Part shown: in pieces, positions 35,679 to 46,360 of the stretch
Position numbering within the stretch: position 1 is the stretch's first letter
Layout: each line of letters starts with the position of its first letter
Notes under the pieces: model-generated
Told to the model about the DNA's origin: nothing
Databases searched by the model: none
Seen by the model: the letters and a program-made list of their open reading frames with translations, nothing else
Made by a program: the position numbers and the translations under genes
NCBI GenBank assembly: GCA_964565425.1
Contig: CAZMEZ010000001.1
Coordinates: forward strand, 1-57,723
Length of the DNA: 57,723 nucleotides
Direction: 5' to 3'
Origin: an uncultured Planctomycetia bacterium
Lineage (GTDB): Bacteria > Omnitrophota > Gorgyraeia > Tantalellales > Tantalellaceae

Positions 35679-36036
35679 ATCGCCTCGCCCCCCTGATATT
35701 TTATATCTTTCATTGATATGCTTTAATTTGAAGTATCTTTTTTTGCTTTATGCTGGTATATTTTAGTGTTTTCCAATACATATTGTATTATATTTATAAA
35801 GTAAATTAACATAAAATCCTTTAATTACGTAACTTACGACATCTTAGCCTTGGTATTTCTACCCCTTTACCCTTGTATTTTGGTCTAATTTGATACGGAT
35901 TGGTATAAATTAATCGGCGTTGATAAGTATAATGAGTAAATACCCAAAGTCAAGATTTGGATGCGCTTTTTTTGAGTATATACCCATTGTCGGAACATTC
36001 CCGGTGGGGAGAAAACCGATGAGAACATACCGGGGC

Positions 36037-36492
36037 CTATATGTTGAATATGCGGACTATCACTTGAAGTGCAAGGTTGGCGTAGATCGCGGCAAGAAGA
36101 TCGTCGAGCATTATACCCCATCCGCCCTTGACCTTTTCGATAAAACGGATCGGAGGGGGCTTTATTATGTCGAACAACCTGTAAAGGCCAAAACCGGCGA
36201 TCACCGTAAGAACGGTGATCGGGATGAAAAGAAAAACGACAAAGACGCACGCGAACTCATCTATTATCACGTATGAGGGATCCTTCAGCCCGGTCTCTGC
36301 CTCCACCTTTCCGGATGATACGACACCCGCGGCAAAAAGCGCAAGAAAACACGCCGCGTAAACAAAAGGATACCCGTGAAGGGCCAGACACGGCACAAGG
36401 CCCGCTAAACTGCCCGCTGTTCCCTGCGCGAACGCGATGTGCCCCAATCCGAACACGGTCGCGATGTGCTTATGAATGTTCCCGGTCCTCAT
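36037..36492 (-). CDS. pgpA: Phosphatidylglycerophosphatase A
   Basis: 151 aa: VFGLGHIAFAQGTAGSL...IIDEFACV...FRLFDIIKPPPI...GGWGIMLDD. Confidence 0.85.
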   Translation of the reverse strand: MRTGNIHKHIATVFGLGHIAFAQGTAGSLAGLVPCLALHGYPFVYAACFLALFAAGVVSSGKVEAETGLKDPSYVIIDEFACVFVVFLFIPITVLTVIAGFGLYRLFDIIKPPPIRFIEKVKGGWGIMLDDLLAAIYANLALQVIVRIFNI

Positions 36493-37094
36493 GAAATGTT
36501 CTTCTGGTGATCGCCGTTATTGAACAGGTACCTCCTGTTCCCGAGGAGATAGGATACCCCGCTGATCATCGTCAATATAACGGTTATCAGCATCAGGATG
36601 AATATAAGCTGTTTATACCAGTATTCGAACGAGGCGTTCCAAAAACCGAAAGTCTCGACGCCGGCTTCCTTTATCACGATAAAGACCAATATTATAAAGA
36701 TGGAAAGCATCTGCGATATCGTTTTGTGTTTTCCCGCCATTCCGGCGGCAAGGACCTCCTTGCTCTTCAGGGCGACCAGGCGGATGCTGGTAATAATGAG
36801 TTCGCGCATGATTATTATGACGACCATCCAGGCGGGAACGAGCTTCATTTCGACAAAAGCCAGGAAGGCGGCCAGCGTCAATATCTTGTCCGCGACAGGA
36901 TCCATTATCTTGCCGAAATCGGAGGTGATCTTGTATTTTCTGGCGATATATCCGTCCAGGTAATCGGTAAGGGCCGCTATAACAAAAATGGCCAGGGCCG
37001 CGGACTTGAACAATAACCCCTTCGAGAAAAGCGTTATCATGAAGACAAAGGTCAGCGCTATCCTGCCCAGAGTTATCTTGTTCGGAAGGTTCAT
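36489..37094 (-). CDS. pgsA: CDP-diacylglycerol--glycerol-3-phosphate 3-phosphatidyltransferase
   Basis: 201 aa: NLPNKITLGRI...DYLDGYIARK...GKIMDPVADK. Confidence 0.9.
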   Translation of the reverse strand: MNLPNKITLGRIALTFVFMITLFSKGLLFKSAALAIFVIAALTDYLDGYIARKYKITSDFGKIMDPVADKILTLAAFLAFVEMKLVPAWMVVIIIMRELIITSIRLVALKSKEVLAAGMAGKHKTISQMLSIFIILVFIVIKEAGVETFGFWNASFEYWYKQLIFILMLITVILTMISGVSYLLGNRRYLFNNGDHQKNIS

Positions 37095-38440
37095 GTCGCT
37101 TCTCCTGTCAGATCGTACTCCATCGTGCCGGTAATACGCGCGTCAACGAACTGCCCGACACTGAGTCCTTCGCCTTTCACATAGATCATGCCGTCGACCT
37201 CGGGGGCATCCGTACAGGACCTGCCGAGATACGTGCCGGAGGATGACGGATCCTTTTCGTCTACAAGCACCCGCACCGTCCCTCCCAGATAACGGAAGTT
37301 GTTCTCGGCCGATATTTTCTGCTGGAGCTTCATTACGCGGTCGAACCTGGACCTTTTGACTTTCTCCGGCACCTGTCCCTCGAGATCGGCCGCGGAGGTC
37401 CCTTCTTCCCTGGAATAGATGAACGCGCCCAGGCGCTCGAACCTTATATCTTCCAGAAAACCGGCCAGTTCGTCGAATTCCCCGTCCGTTTCGGTCGGGA
37501 ACCCCACGATCACCGACGTACGAAGCGTTACATCCCCGGTCTTCCCGCGGATACGCTCAATAAGACGAATGATGTCGCCCTTCGATACCCGCCGGTTCAT
37601 CTTCCGCAATATTCTATCATTTATATGCTGTATCGGCAAATCGATGTAATTGCATATGTTTTCGGTGCCGGCTATGACGTCTATGAGCTCATCGGTGAAA
37701 TGGGCCGGGTGGGTGTAAAGGAGCCGTATCCACCCGTCTTCCATCAGCGGGCTTGCCGCCCTCAGGAGGCCGGCAAGCTCCGGATTCCCGCCCGTATCCA
37801 GCCCGAAAGACGTGGTATCCTGCCCGATAAATATCAGTTCTTTCAGGTCGCGCTCCCCTTTCAACCTTTTTATCTCAGCCAGTATGGAACCGGCTTCGCG
37901 GCTGCGTCTTGGGCCTTTCAGTTCCGGAATGACACAATAAGAACACCTGTTGGAACACCCTTCCTGTATCTTAACGTAAGCGTAGTGGGCGGGCGTGAGC
38001 GTCTTTCTTCTGTCCATGTGGTTGTACAGGAAATCCGGCACGGGTTTCACGTCTTTTATCTTCTCCCCGGAAAACAGCTTATCCAGGAGCCCGGGGATAT
38101 CGGTGAAACTGGATGTCCCGAAGATGCCGTCGATCTCACCTATCTCAGAAGCAAGCTCATCGGGATATCTCTGGGATAGACAGCCGACAACTACCAGTTT
38201 TTTTATCAGTGAGTTCTTCTTGAATTCGGCCAGCTGAAGGATAGCGTCGATGGATTCCTGTTTAGCGTCCTGAATGAAGCCACAGGTATTCACTACGGCT
38301 ACATCGGCCCCCTCGGGCTCATCGACGATGGAAAAACCTTTTTCTTCAAGGGCACCGAGCAAGACCTCGCTGTCCACGAGATTACGGGGGCATCCCAGGC
38401 TCAGAAGGTAAACTTTTTTCATGGGGCAGGGATCAGTCAA
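37091..38440 (-). CDS. rimO: Ribosomal protein S12 methylthiotransferase RimO
   Basis: LSLGCPRNLVDSE, radical SAM CSNRCSYC, C-terminal TRAM domain. Alternative ATG at 38422. Confidence 0.85.
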   Translation of the reverse strand: MTDPCPMKKVYLLSLGCPRNLVDSEVLLGALEEKGFSIVDEPEGADVAVVNTCGFIQDAKQESIDAILQLAEFKKNSLIKKLVVVGCLSQRYPDELASEIGEIDGIFGTSSFTDIPGLLDKLFSGEKIKDVKPVPDFLYNHMDRRKTLTPAHYAYVKIQEGCSNRCSYCVIPELKGPRRSREAGSILAEIKRLKGERDLKELIFIGQDTTSFGLDTGGNPELAGLLRAASPLMEDGWIRLLYTHPAHFTDELIDVIAGTENICNYIDLPIQHINDRILRKMNRRVSKGDIIRLIERIRGKTGDVTLRTSVIVGFPTETDGEFDELAGFLEDIRFERLGAFIYSREEGTSAADLEGQVPEKVKRSRFDRVMKLQQKISAENNFRYLGGTVRVLVDEKDPSSSGTYLGRSCTDAPEVDGMIYVKGEGLSVGQFVDARITGTMEYDLTGEAT

Positions 38441-39296
38441 AGCGGGTCACCCAGTTGTCGCCTATCCTGATACCCTCACCCGACACCTGGATGTTCTTTA
38501 CGACACCTGAAGCGATCTTGCCGATCTCATAGGTATTGACCCTGAAATCCAGCATTTCAGCTTTCCCGGTCCAAACGTTGAGAACGCCCTTGGCCTTCCA
38601 CGTCTCGGAATTCCCCTTTTCCATTATCCCGGCGAAAAGCGTGTCTCCTTCCCTTGTCACCTTTATCCACACCTCCCCGCGGGCTTTAAGGGTGAGGACG
38701 ACCTCGTCCCTTTCCCGGGGGGGCGTGGCGGCGAAATTCGCCAATCCCATAAAGCCTTTTCTCGGCGACGGGGTCTCTTCGACGCGGGGCTGGACCGGAG
38801 CGCGGGTTTCAACGCGGGCAACAGCGGGGGTTTTGGTTTCCCGCGCGCGCGCCGCGGCGGCCTCTCTCCTGCGCTGTCCTGCCCGGACCATCTTGGACTT
38901 GATCATACCGGCAACGGCAAATAAAAGAAAAAGGGCAACGCACGCGGCGGCCACCACGAGCGCCTTCTGGGCCTTTTCCCTGGAAAAGGTAAAGGTAAAA
39001 GCGGGTTCTTTTTCTTCCGCGCCCTCCGGTGTCATCGAAAAATCCCTTACCGGCATGCCGCCGGTCACGGAGTCGAACTTCCTGAGTATATCCGACTCGT
39101 CAAGCCCGAGGAACGATGAATATTTTTTCAAGAAGCCTTTCATGTACAGTTTCCCGAGCCTGTCCAGCACGCCGTTCTCTATGTCCGTTAAGACCTTCAT
39201 GTGGATGCGCGTATTATCGCTGACATCCTCGAGACTCATCCCGCGTTTGGCTCTCGCTTCCCGGAAGACCTTGCCTATCTCTTTTGGCGTCGTCAT
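38433..39296 (-). CDS. rodZ: RodZ-like cytoskeleton protein (HTH, TM, DUF4115)
   Basis: N-terminal HTH (IGKVFREARAKRGMSLEDVSDNTRI), one TM helix, a basic/Ala-rich linker, and a C-terminal beta domain. Confidence 0.7.
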   Translation of the reverse strand: MTTPKEIGKVFREARAKRGMSLEDVSDNTRIHMKVLTDIENGVLDRLGKLYMKGFLKKYSSFLGLDESDILRKFDSVTGGMPVRDFSMTPEGAEEKEPAFTFTFSREKAQKALVVAAACVALFLLFAVAGMIKSKMVRAGQRRREAAAARARETKTPAVARVETRAPVQPRVEETPSPRKGFMGLANFAATPPRERDEVVLTLKARGEVWIKVTREGDTLFAGIMEKGNSETWKAKGVLNVWTGKAEMLDFRVNTYEIGKIASGVVKNIQVSGEGIRIGDNWVTRFD

Positions 39297-39299
39297 GTC

Positions 39300-41558
39300 T
39301 TATCCTTCTTGTATATTTTCGAGCTCTTCGAGGCTTTCCACGAGTATCTCACGGGGCTTGGACCCGTTATATGGCCCCACTATCCCCTCTTCTTCCATTA
39401 TATCGATCATCCTCGCGGCCCTGGTATAACCGACCCTGAGTTTACGCTGGACCATGGACACCGAAGCCTGCCTTGTATGTATGACGATCTTCACGGCTTC
39501 ATGGTAAAGATCATCCTTCTCCTGTTCCACGCCTATTTTCTTTGACTCCTGTGTCGCCACGGCCTCTTCGACATACTGCGCGCCGGCCTGGCCCTTTATG
39601 AACTTGACCAATGCCCTTATCTCGCTGTCCTCCACCAGGCTGCACTGTCCGCGGATCAGGGAAGATTCCCCGGGTTGCATGAGGAGCATATCTCCTCTCC
39701 CGAGAAGTTTTTCCGCGCCGTTGGCGTCCAGGACCGTCCGGGAATCGACCTTGGATGCCACTTTAAAAGATATCCTTGCCGGGAGATTCGCCTTTATTAC
39801 ACCCGTTATTACATTCACCGAAGGCCGCTGGGTGGCCAGTATCATGTGTATACCCGCGGCGCGCGATAGCTGCGCGATGCGCATTATGGCGCCTTCGACG
39901 TCCTGCTGGGCTACGACCATGAGGTCGGCCAACTCGTCAACAATAACGACTATGTACGGAAGTTCCTCGTCTTCCTCTTTCTGCCTCTCCTTGTAAGCGG
40001 CGATATTCCTGACCCCTTTTTCGGCGAATATCTCATACCGTCTTTCCATTTCGCCTATGACCCACCCGAGAGCCGCGGCCGCTTTTTTGGAGTTCGTAAC
40101 GATCGGCGCTACGAGGTGCGGTATGCCCTCGAATATCATGAGCTCCACTCTCTTGGGATCGATCATCATGAACTTCAGCTCGTCCGGGGAAGAATTGAAC
40201 AAAAGGCTGCTGATTATGCAGTTTATGCACACGGTCTTACCGGAACCGGTCGCCCCGGCTATTAAAAGATGCGGCATCCTGGCAAGGTCCGTGACTATAA
40301 CCTCTCCCGAGATATCCTTGCCGAGAGCGAGCTTCAAAGGCGAGTCTTCTTCGCTATATTCCCGGCTCTCCAGAAGGTCCCTTAACCGGACAAGTTCACT
40401 CTTGCTATTGGGAACTTCAATACCGATCGTCCCCTTGCCGGGCAGAGGGGCCAGAATGCGTATATTCGCGGATTTCATCGCCAGGGAAATATTGTCGCCC
40501 AGTGAGGTTATTTTGTTCACCTTGGTCCCGACCGCCGGCTCCAACTCGTACATGGTTATTACCGGCCCCCGGTTTATCTTGACGACCTTGGCCTCCACGC
40601 CGAATTCCAAAAGAGTAGTTTCAAGCGTAAGCGCGTTCCTCTTCAGGTCCTCTTCTTTTTCCTTCACGTTCCCCCTGGACGGGGTCTTCAAAAGGTCCAT
40701 GGCCGGCAGTTTATATTCCACTTTTTCACCGGTGGAACCGTCGGATACGGGAGCCACTCGTGCCGGTTTGGCTTCGGACTTTTGCGGCCTGGAAGGCGTA
40801 ACTATCTTCGGGCCGGCCGCGGCAGCAGGATCTCGCTCCGATGCCCTTTCCGGCTCGGGAACGGCCTTGCGCGCGCGTGAAACCCTGCGGGCTTCCTCGA
40901 CCTGGGCTTTCATCGCTTCGAGTTTCTTCGCTATCTCCTGCCTGGCATTCTTCATCTTGTTCCGTTTTTCCGCGGCCTCCACCGGGGCCCTTTCCCTTTC
41001 GGGCAGCACGGAGCGCAGACGCGAAAACCCCTCTGTCAGGAACTTGAAAGTTGCTACAAGAATGGGAAGAATGAGGAATTCCGTCGCGATCAACACGGAA
41101 AGGATTATCATCGCCACGATGAACACCGTGGCCCCAACCCTCCCGAGGTATTCCAGGAGAAAGGCCGAAACCAGGCTGCCGATGAGACCTCCCTGGGCGA
41201 ACGCCATGGTTCGGCTGGAATCGGCCACCATGCTCAGGCTCGCGCTCACCATCGTCGCGAGGACAAACGTTCCGAAGATCTTGAAAAAGACCTTCCTCGC
41301 CTCGATCTGCAGGAGTCTGGATATCCCCCACACAAGTATCATGAGCGGGATAACGTAAGAAGCTTTTCCCATGAAGAAAAGCAGGACCCCGCCCACATAG
41401 GCCCCCACCACTCCGGTAGCGTTATGCGTTACCAGATTCGGCCTGCTCGTGTAGAAAGAAAGGTCTTGTTCGCTGAACGTGAAAATGCTCAAAAAGAGAA
41501 AAAGGCTTATAGCGAACAGGACAACAGCAATGATCTCGTTCTTTTTTACCTGGTCCAT
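39300..41558 (-). CDS. ftsK: DNA translocase FtsK
   Basis: 752 aa with an N-terminal 4-TM region, a linker, a motor domain (LLIAGATGSGKTVCIN, IVVIVDELADLM) and a gamma wHTH tail. Confidence 0.95.
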   Translation of the reverse strand: MDQVKKNEIIAVVLFAISLFLFLSIFTFSEQDLSFYTSRPNLVTHNATGVVGAYVGGVLLFFMGKASYVIPLMILVWGISRLLQIEARKVFFKIFGTFVLATMVSASLSMVADSSRTMAFAQGGLIGSLVSAFLLEYLGRVGATVFIVAMIILSVLIATEFLILPILVATFKFLTEGFSRLRSVLPERERAPVEAAEKRNKMKNARQEIAKKLEAMKAQVEEARRVSRARKAVPEPERASERDPAAAAGPKIVTPSRPQKSEAKPARVAPVSDGSTGEKVEYKLPAMDLLKTPSRGNVKEKEEDLKRNALTLETTLLEFGVEAKVVKINRGPVITMYELEPAVGTKVNKITSLGDNISLAMKSANIRILAPLPGKGTIGIEVPNSKSELVRLRDLLESREYSEEDSPLKLALGKDISGEVIVTDLARMPHLLIAGATGSGKTVCINCIISSLLFNSSPDELKFMMIDPKRVELMIFEGIPHLVAPIVTNSKKAAAALGWVIGEMERRYEIFAEKGVRNIAAYKERQKEEDEELPYIVVIVDELADLMVVAQQDVEGAIMRIAQLSRAAGIHMILATQRPSVNVITGVIKANLPARISFKVASKVDSRTVLDANGAEKLLGRGDMLLMQPGESSLIRGQCSLVEDSEIRALVKFIKGQAGAQYVEEAVATQESKKIGVEQEKDDLYHEAVKIVIHTRQASVSMVQRKLRVGYTRAARMIDIMEEEGIVGPYNGSKPREILVESLEELENIQEG

Positions 41559-41568
41559 ATTAAAACTC

Positions 41569-42339
41569 TTATCTCAAGAATATCATATATGCCGAGCCAA
41601 GCAAAATGCAATAACCTCCAAAAACGTATAACCGGTTCCTTCTGATAAAGCTCCAGAGAATATGCAGGCACAAAAGACCCGCCGCAAAAGCGACCGCCAT
41701 CCCGGCCGCGTAGTTCAGGACATTTCCTTTAATGACAGCCCCTATATCGATAGTCATCCCCTTATACAAGACCGCGCCTATGATAGCCGGGATCGAGATC
41801 AGGAACGAGAACCTGAAGGCGTCCTCCTTGTTCATCCCGCCCGCTAATCCGGCCGATATGGTCGTCCCGCTCCGGGAAATTCCCGGCAGAAGGGCGAACG
41901 CCTGGGCTATGCCCACGATCAAAGAGCTGAAAAAAGTCGGAGACGCGCCGCCTGCTTTCCTCTTCGACAGGCTGAATTGTCCCACGAAAAGAACGATGCC
42001 CGTAACGACAAGCATCATGGCGACCTTTACCGGGCTCTCGAAAAAAGACGATATTCTGTCCTCAAAGACCAGCGCCGCCAGGACGGCCGGAACGGTCGCG
42101 ATGATCACATAAGACAACCACTTCCAGTTTCTTTCGCGCGCCAGCTCGGCTATATCCCCGGTGAAATAGATAACAACCGCCGCCAAGGTGGCCACGTGAA
42201 GGCAAATGTCGAAAAATACCGCCGGCTCGCTGAAACCGAATAACCTGTGAATGAACACAAGATGTCCGGAGCTCGATATCGGCAGGAACTCCGTCACGCC
42301 CTGCACTAGCCCCGATACTATCGCTTCCGTCAAAGTCAT
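41569..42339 (-). CDS. uppP: Undecaprenyl-diphosphate phosphatase
   Basis: GVTEFLPISSSGHL and PGISRSGTTI motifs. The start was placed at ATG 42339, because the track start at 42354 is a TTG inside the upstream repeat array. Confidence 0.9.
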   Translation of the reverse strand: MTLTEAIVSGLVQGVTEFLPISSSGHLVFIHRLFGFSEPAVFFDICLHVATLAAVVIYFTGDIAELARERNWKWLSYVIIATVPAVLAALVFEDRISSFFESPVKVAMMLVVTGIVLFVGQFSLSKRKAGGASPTFFSSLIVGIAQAFALLPGISRSGTTISAGLAGGMNKEDAFRFSFLISIPAIIGAVLYKGMTIDIGAVIKGNVLNYAAGMAVAFAAGLLCLHILWSFIRRNRLYVFGGYCILLGSAYMIFLR

Positions 42340-42360
42340 GTTTAAGTTAGCCAATTAGCC

Positions 42361-42399
42361 AGTGAACCGGTTAGCCAGTGGCTGGTTAACCGGTTCACT
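42361..42399. repeat. 13-bp perfect inverted repeat between dut and uppP
   Basis: AGTGAACCGGTTA (42361-42373) pairs with TAACCGGTTCACT (42387-42399). The loop GCCAGTGGCTGGT is itself partly self-complementary. Confidence 0.9.
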
Positions 42400-42401
42400 C
42401 T

Positions 42402-42851
42402 TTACGCGCCCGTATGGCCGAACCCCCCGTGCGCCCGCTCGGTCTCAGCGAGCTCTTCCATTTCAACGAAATCAGCGCGGGTTATCTCGCCGAAAACCAT
42501 CTGCGCCAGCCTGTGGCCGCGCTTAACAGCGAATTCTTCCTTGCCGTGATTGATGACTATCAGGTTGACCAGCCCCCGGTAATCACTGTCTATAGTGCCG
42601 GGGGTGTTGACCATCGTTATGCCGTGTTTCAGCGCCAAGCCGCTTCTCGGCCTGACCTGAGCTTCATACCCCTCAGGCAACTCTATGTAAATACCGCAGG
42701 AGATGAGCTTGATTTCACCCGGAGAGATCGTTACCTCGTCTTCGACATCGGCATAAAGATCCACGCCGCTGGAACCGGCAGTGGCATACGCCGGGATGGG
42801 CAGGTCCTTGGCGCTTTCCTTGCGTTTTATCTTAACCTTTATTCTCTTCAA
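42402..42851 (-). CDS. dut: dUTP diphosphatase
   Basis: 149 aa: [48 protein letters not shown] start. Confidence 0.9.
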   Translation of the reverse strand: MKRIKVKIKRKESAKDLPIPAYATAGSSGVDLYADVEDEVTISPGEIKLISCGIYIELPEGYEAQVRPRSGLALKHGITMVNTPGTIDSDYRGLVNLIVINHGKEEFAVKRGHRLAQMVFGEITRADFVEMEELAETERAHGGFGHTGA

Positions 42852-44928
42852 CTTGTTGAGCTTGTTTTATGCTGAGCCTTACGCGTCCATGGTCGTCAAA
42901 ACCCACGAGTTTTACCTTTACCTTCTGTCCTTCCTTGAGAACTTCCGAGACGTTCTTGACGTATTCGTTCGATACCTCCGACACGTGAACAAGACCTTCG
43001 CGACCGGGCATGAATTCCACAAAAGCTCCGAAATCCATTATCTTGACCACCTTGGAGTCATAGACCCTGCCTACCTCCGGCTCGGCGATTATGTCCCCTA
43101 TCATCTGAACGGCTTTCTCAAGGGATTCCTTATCCGACGAAGCTACCTGGCATGACCCGTCATCCTCGATGTTGATATCCGCTCCGGTTTCCGCTATTAT
43201 ACCGCGAATCACCTTGCCGCCGGGACCGATGACCTCTCTGATCTTGTCGAGTTTTATGTTCAGGGTTACGATCCTCGGAGCGTTAGGCGCTACCTCATTG
43301 AGAGGCTCGGCGATGGTCGCCTGCATGTTCTCCAGGATCTCGAATCGGCCTTTTTTCGCCTGTTCGAAAGCGGCCCTCAGGACATCGTAGCCGACGCCTT
43401 TCACCTTGAGGTCCATCTGGACCGCCGTAACGCCGCTCTTTGTGCCCGCGATCTTCAGGTCCATGTCGCCGAAGTGATCCTCGGCGCCCGCGATATCAGT
43501 AAGCACCGCGTAACCGCTATCGCCCTTCACGAGCCCCATCGCTATACCGCTTACGGTTTCGGTTATGGGGACACCGCTTGCCATGAGTGACAGCGAACCC
43601 GCGCATACCGAAGCCATGGAACTGGATCCGTTGGACTCGAGGATCTCGGATACGACCCTGATCGTGTAGGGAAAAGTCTCTTTCGACGGCAGGACGGGCC
43701 CCAGCGCCTTTTCAGCCAAAGCGCCATGTCCTATCTCCCTCCGCCCCGGGCCGCGAAGCGGCCTCGCTTCTCCGACGCTGAACGGCGGAAAATTATAATG
43801 GAGCATGAAAGATTTAAAACTCTCGCCTTCAAGGGCGTCTATGCGCTGTTCGTCCGCGGCCGTACCGAGCGTGGTGACCGCAAGGGCCTGCGTTTCGCCA
43901 CGGGTAAATAAGGCCGACCCGTGGGTACGCGGAAGGATATTTATCTCCGAAGACAGCGCGCGGATCTCCTCGAACTTCCTGCCGTCTATGCGCCTTTTCT
44001 CTTTCAGTATGATATCCCTGACGACCTCTTCTTCCACGTGGGCCAAGGCCAGTTTTATCTCCGCCTTCTTGGATTCGTCCTCTTCCGCGCCCTCCGCTTT
44101 CACTATCTCTTCTTTTAGCGCGTCCAGCTTTTCCATGCGCATCTGTTTTTCCGGTATCTGAAGCGCTTCTTTTATGCCCTCGCGATGGTTCTTTATGATC
44201 TTAGCGTACAATTCATCGTTCAGGGGGACATAATCCACATCCTGCCTCTTGGGCTTGCCCACCTTATCTCTCAATTTTTTTTGAAGGTCCAGAAGCGGCT
44301 TTAATCCCTCGTGGCCGAATTTTATCGCCTCGAGTATCTTATCTTCAGCGACCATGTCGGCTCCGCCTTCAAGCATGACCACGTTTTCCGCGTTGCCTAC
44401 CACAATAAGGTCCAGCTTCGTTTCCGCGAGATCGGCGATAGTAGGGTTCAATATAAATTTGTCATCCACCATTCCCACGCGCACCGCTCCTATCGGACCG
44501 TTAAAAGGAATGTCGGATATTGTCAGGGCGGCCGAAGCGCCGATAATACCCAGCACGTCAGAATCGTTCTTGCCATCGCAGGACAGTACCGTAGCTATTA
44601 CCTGCACCTCGTTCATCATACCTTCCGGGAAAAGGGGCCGTATGGGCCTGTCTATCATCCGGGAAGTAAGTATGGCTTTCTGTGAAGGACGGCCTTCGCG
44701 CTTGAAAAACCCGCCGGGTATTTTTCCCGCGGCGAATGTCCTCTCCTGGTATTCCACGGTTAAAGGAAAAAAATCGATCCCTTCTCTGCCCTGATGCGAG
44801 CAAACGCAGGTGACCAGGATCATGGTCCCCCCGTACTTAACGGTAACTGCTCCATCCGCTTGTTTCGCCAGTTTTCCGGTACCAATAGTAAGCTCTTCGG
44901 CGCCAAGAGCTATTTTTGCCTCTTCCAT
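42832..44928 (-). CDS. pnp: Polyribonucleotide nucleotidyltransferase (PNPase)
   Basis: 698 aa with two RNase PH domains plus KH and S1 domains ([20 protein letters not shown]). Confidence 0.95.
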   Translation of the reverse strand: MEEAKIALGAEELTIGTGKLAKQADGAVTVKYGGTMILVTCVCSHQGREGIDFFPLTVEYQERTFAAGKIPGGFFKREGRPSQKAILTSRMIDRPIRPLFPEGMMNEVQVIATVLSCDGKNDSDVLGIIGASAALTISDIPFNGPIGAVRVGMVDDKFILNPTIADLAETKLDLIVVGNAENVVMLEGGADMVAEDKILEAIKFGHEGLKPLLDLQKKLRDKVGKPKRQDVDYVPLNDELYAKIIKNHREGIKEALQIPEKQMRMEKLDALKEEIVKAEGAEEDESKKAEIKLALAHVEEEVVRDIILKEKRRIDGRKFEEIRALSSEINILPRTHGSALFTRGETQALAVTTLGTAADEQRIDALEGESFKSFMLHYNFPPFSVGEARPLRGPGRREIGHGALAEKALGPVLPSKETFPYTIRVVSEILESNGSSSMASVCAGSLSLMASGVPITETVSGIAMGLVKGDSGYAVLTDIAGAEDHFGDMDLKIAGTKSGVTAVQMDLKVKGVGYDVLRAAFEQAKKGRFEILENMQATIAEPLNEVAPNAPRIVTLNIKLDKIREVIGPGGKVIRGIIAETGADINIEDDGSCQVASSDKESLEKAVQMIGDIIAEPEVGRVYDSKVVKIMDFGAFVEFMPGREGLVHVSEVSNEYVKNVSEVLKEGQKVKVKLVGFDDHGRVRLSIKQAQQVEENKG

Positions 44929-44972
44929 ATCTCAGCTCCCTCTTTTCGTCTTTTTCTGTTTTCCTGCAAAAA

Positions 44973-45242
44973 TTATTTGCGGAGTCCAAGCTTTTTGATA
45001 AGCCCCTTGTATTTCTCATCATCAGTGTTCTTGAGGTAGGTAAGAAGCTTCCTTCTCTTGTTGATCAAGAGCAAGAGACCTCTCCTTGAATGATGGTCTT
45101 TTTTGTGTTTCTTAAAATGCTCCGTAAGGTTATCGATCCTTTCGCTTATAAGGGCTATCTGGACCTCTGGGGAGCCGGTATCTGTTTCGTGCTGCTTGAA
45201 TTCACCTATTATCTCCTGTTTTTTTCCCTTTACTATAGGCAC
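44973..45242 (-). CDS. rpsO: 30S ribosomal protein S15
   Basis: 89 aa: [36 protein letters not shown]. Confidence 0.95.
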   Translation of the reverse strand: MPIVKGKKQEIIGEFKQHETDTGSPEVQIALISERIDNLTEHFKKHKKDHHSRRGLLLLINKRRKLLTYLKNTDDEKYKGLIKKLGLRK

Positions 45243-45308
45243 TTTAACACCTCCTTATCCTGAAGAGAAAAGTCTTTTTCCCTGCTGGTTTTCCTTGCTA
45301 CCTGCGCT

Positions 45309-45337
45309 ATGTTAGCACATAAATAAAAATTTGTAAA
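45309..45337 (-). promoter_or_regulatory. Candidate promoter for rpsO-pnp
   Basis: On the minus strand: TTTACA (45332-45337), 17-nt spacer, TAACAT (45309-45314). Confidence 0.35.
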
Positions 45338-45385
45338 TATATATTATAGCGAGCGCCGGGCGATGTTTTACGGAAGGGTCTGCGG

Positions 45386-46360
45386 CTACAAGTACTTGTA
45401 CCTTTGTATTTTTCGTATGATATCTTTGCGGTGAAGCAGTTTGCCGGCGATCTTAACGTCTTTGTCTATCTGGCGGATCAGGCGTTCGCTGCCCCGAAAA
45501 CGCTTCTCCCCCCTGATCCGTTTTATGAAAAATATCTCTATGGATTTTGCGTAAAGGTTCTCTTTGTAATCAATTATGTGAGCTTCTATATGGGGTTCCT
45601 TCCTTTTTTTTAATCTGGCGCCGTAAAAGGTGGGCCTGAACCCCACGTTAAGGACCCCGTCATAGAGCTGACCGTCTATATCGGCCTTCACCGCATATAC
45701 CCCCGGAGGCGGGATGACCTCCTGGTGCGGATCCAGGTTCGCCGTAGGTCGCCCGAGAGACCTGCCGCGCTCATCCCCCTTTACCACGGTACCAAGGACG
45801 GATACCGGGCGCCGCAGTATCTTTTCGGCTTTGGCAATATTCCCTGTTTTGATGAGCTTACGCAACCATGTGCTGCTTACGGTCCTTCCTCCCATCTTTA
45901 CCGGCTTGACCGTTATAACGTCCACCCCGTACCTTTTGCCAATCTCTTTCAGATCATCTATATTACCGCTTTTCCCCCTCCCAAAATGAAAATTATCGCC
46001 CACATATACCTTCCTCGCGCCAAGGGCCATTATAACCCTTTTGACGAATTCCTCCGGGGTCATCATGGCGATGAAATCCGTGAAATGTATCACCACCGCC
46101 GCATCCAGCCCCATTTTTTCGAAAATATGCAGGCGATGTTCCAGGGACATGATACGCGGAGGCGTCTTTCCGGGCCTCAGCACCGTCTGCGGATGCGGGT
46201 CGAACGTCACGATGACCTTGTCCCCCCCTGTCTCGCGCGAATTCAGCACCTTGCCTATGACGCGTTTGTGGCCGATGTGGATACCGTCGAATATCCCTAT
46301 AGCGACGATCGGATCTTTTAATTCCTTGCTGGCATCCCTATATCCGTACAATATTTTCAT
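45386..46360 (-). CDS. ribF: Bifunctional riboflavin kinase / FMN adenylyltransferase
   Basis: 324 aa: GIFDGIHIGH, then the C-terminal kinase domain GERGRSLGRPTANL...EAHIIDY. Confidence 0.9.
   Translation of the reverse strand: MKILYGYRDASKELKDPIVAIGIFDGIHIGHKRVIGKVLNSRETGGDKVIVTFDPHPQTVLRPGKTPPRIMSLEHRLHIFEKMGLDAAVVIHFTDFIAMMTPEEFVKRVIMALGARKVYVGDNFHFGRGKSGNIDDLKEIGKRYGVDVITVKPVKMGGRTVSSTWLRKLIKTGNIAKAEKILRRPVSVLGTVVKGDERGRSLGRPTANLDPHQEVIPPPGVYAVKADIDGQLYDGVLNVGFRPTFYGARLKKRKEPHIEAHIIDYKENLYAKSIEIFFIKRIRGEKRFRGSERLIRQIDKDVKIAGKLLHRKDIIRKIQRYKYL

Noticed and set aside
35700-35790. 28-codon ORF (MLIYFINIIQYVLENTKIYQHKAKKDTSN) in the AT-rich leader of the excisionase-type HTH gene, as a possible leader peptide
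   Set aside because: Only a weak AAGGA with short spacing precedes it. The region is so AT-rich that such ORFs are expected by chance, and no attenuator structure is evident.
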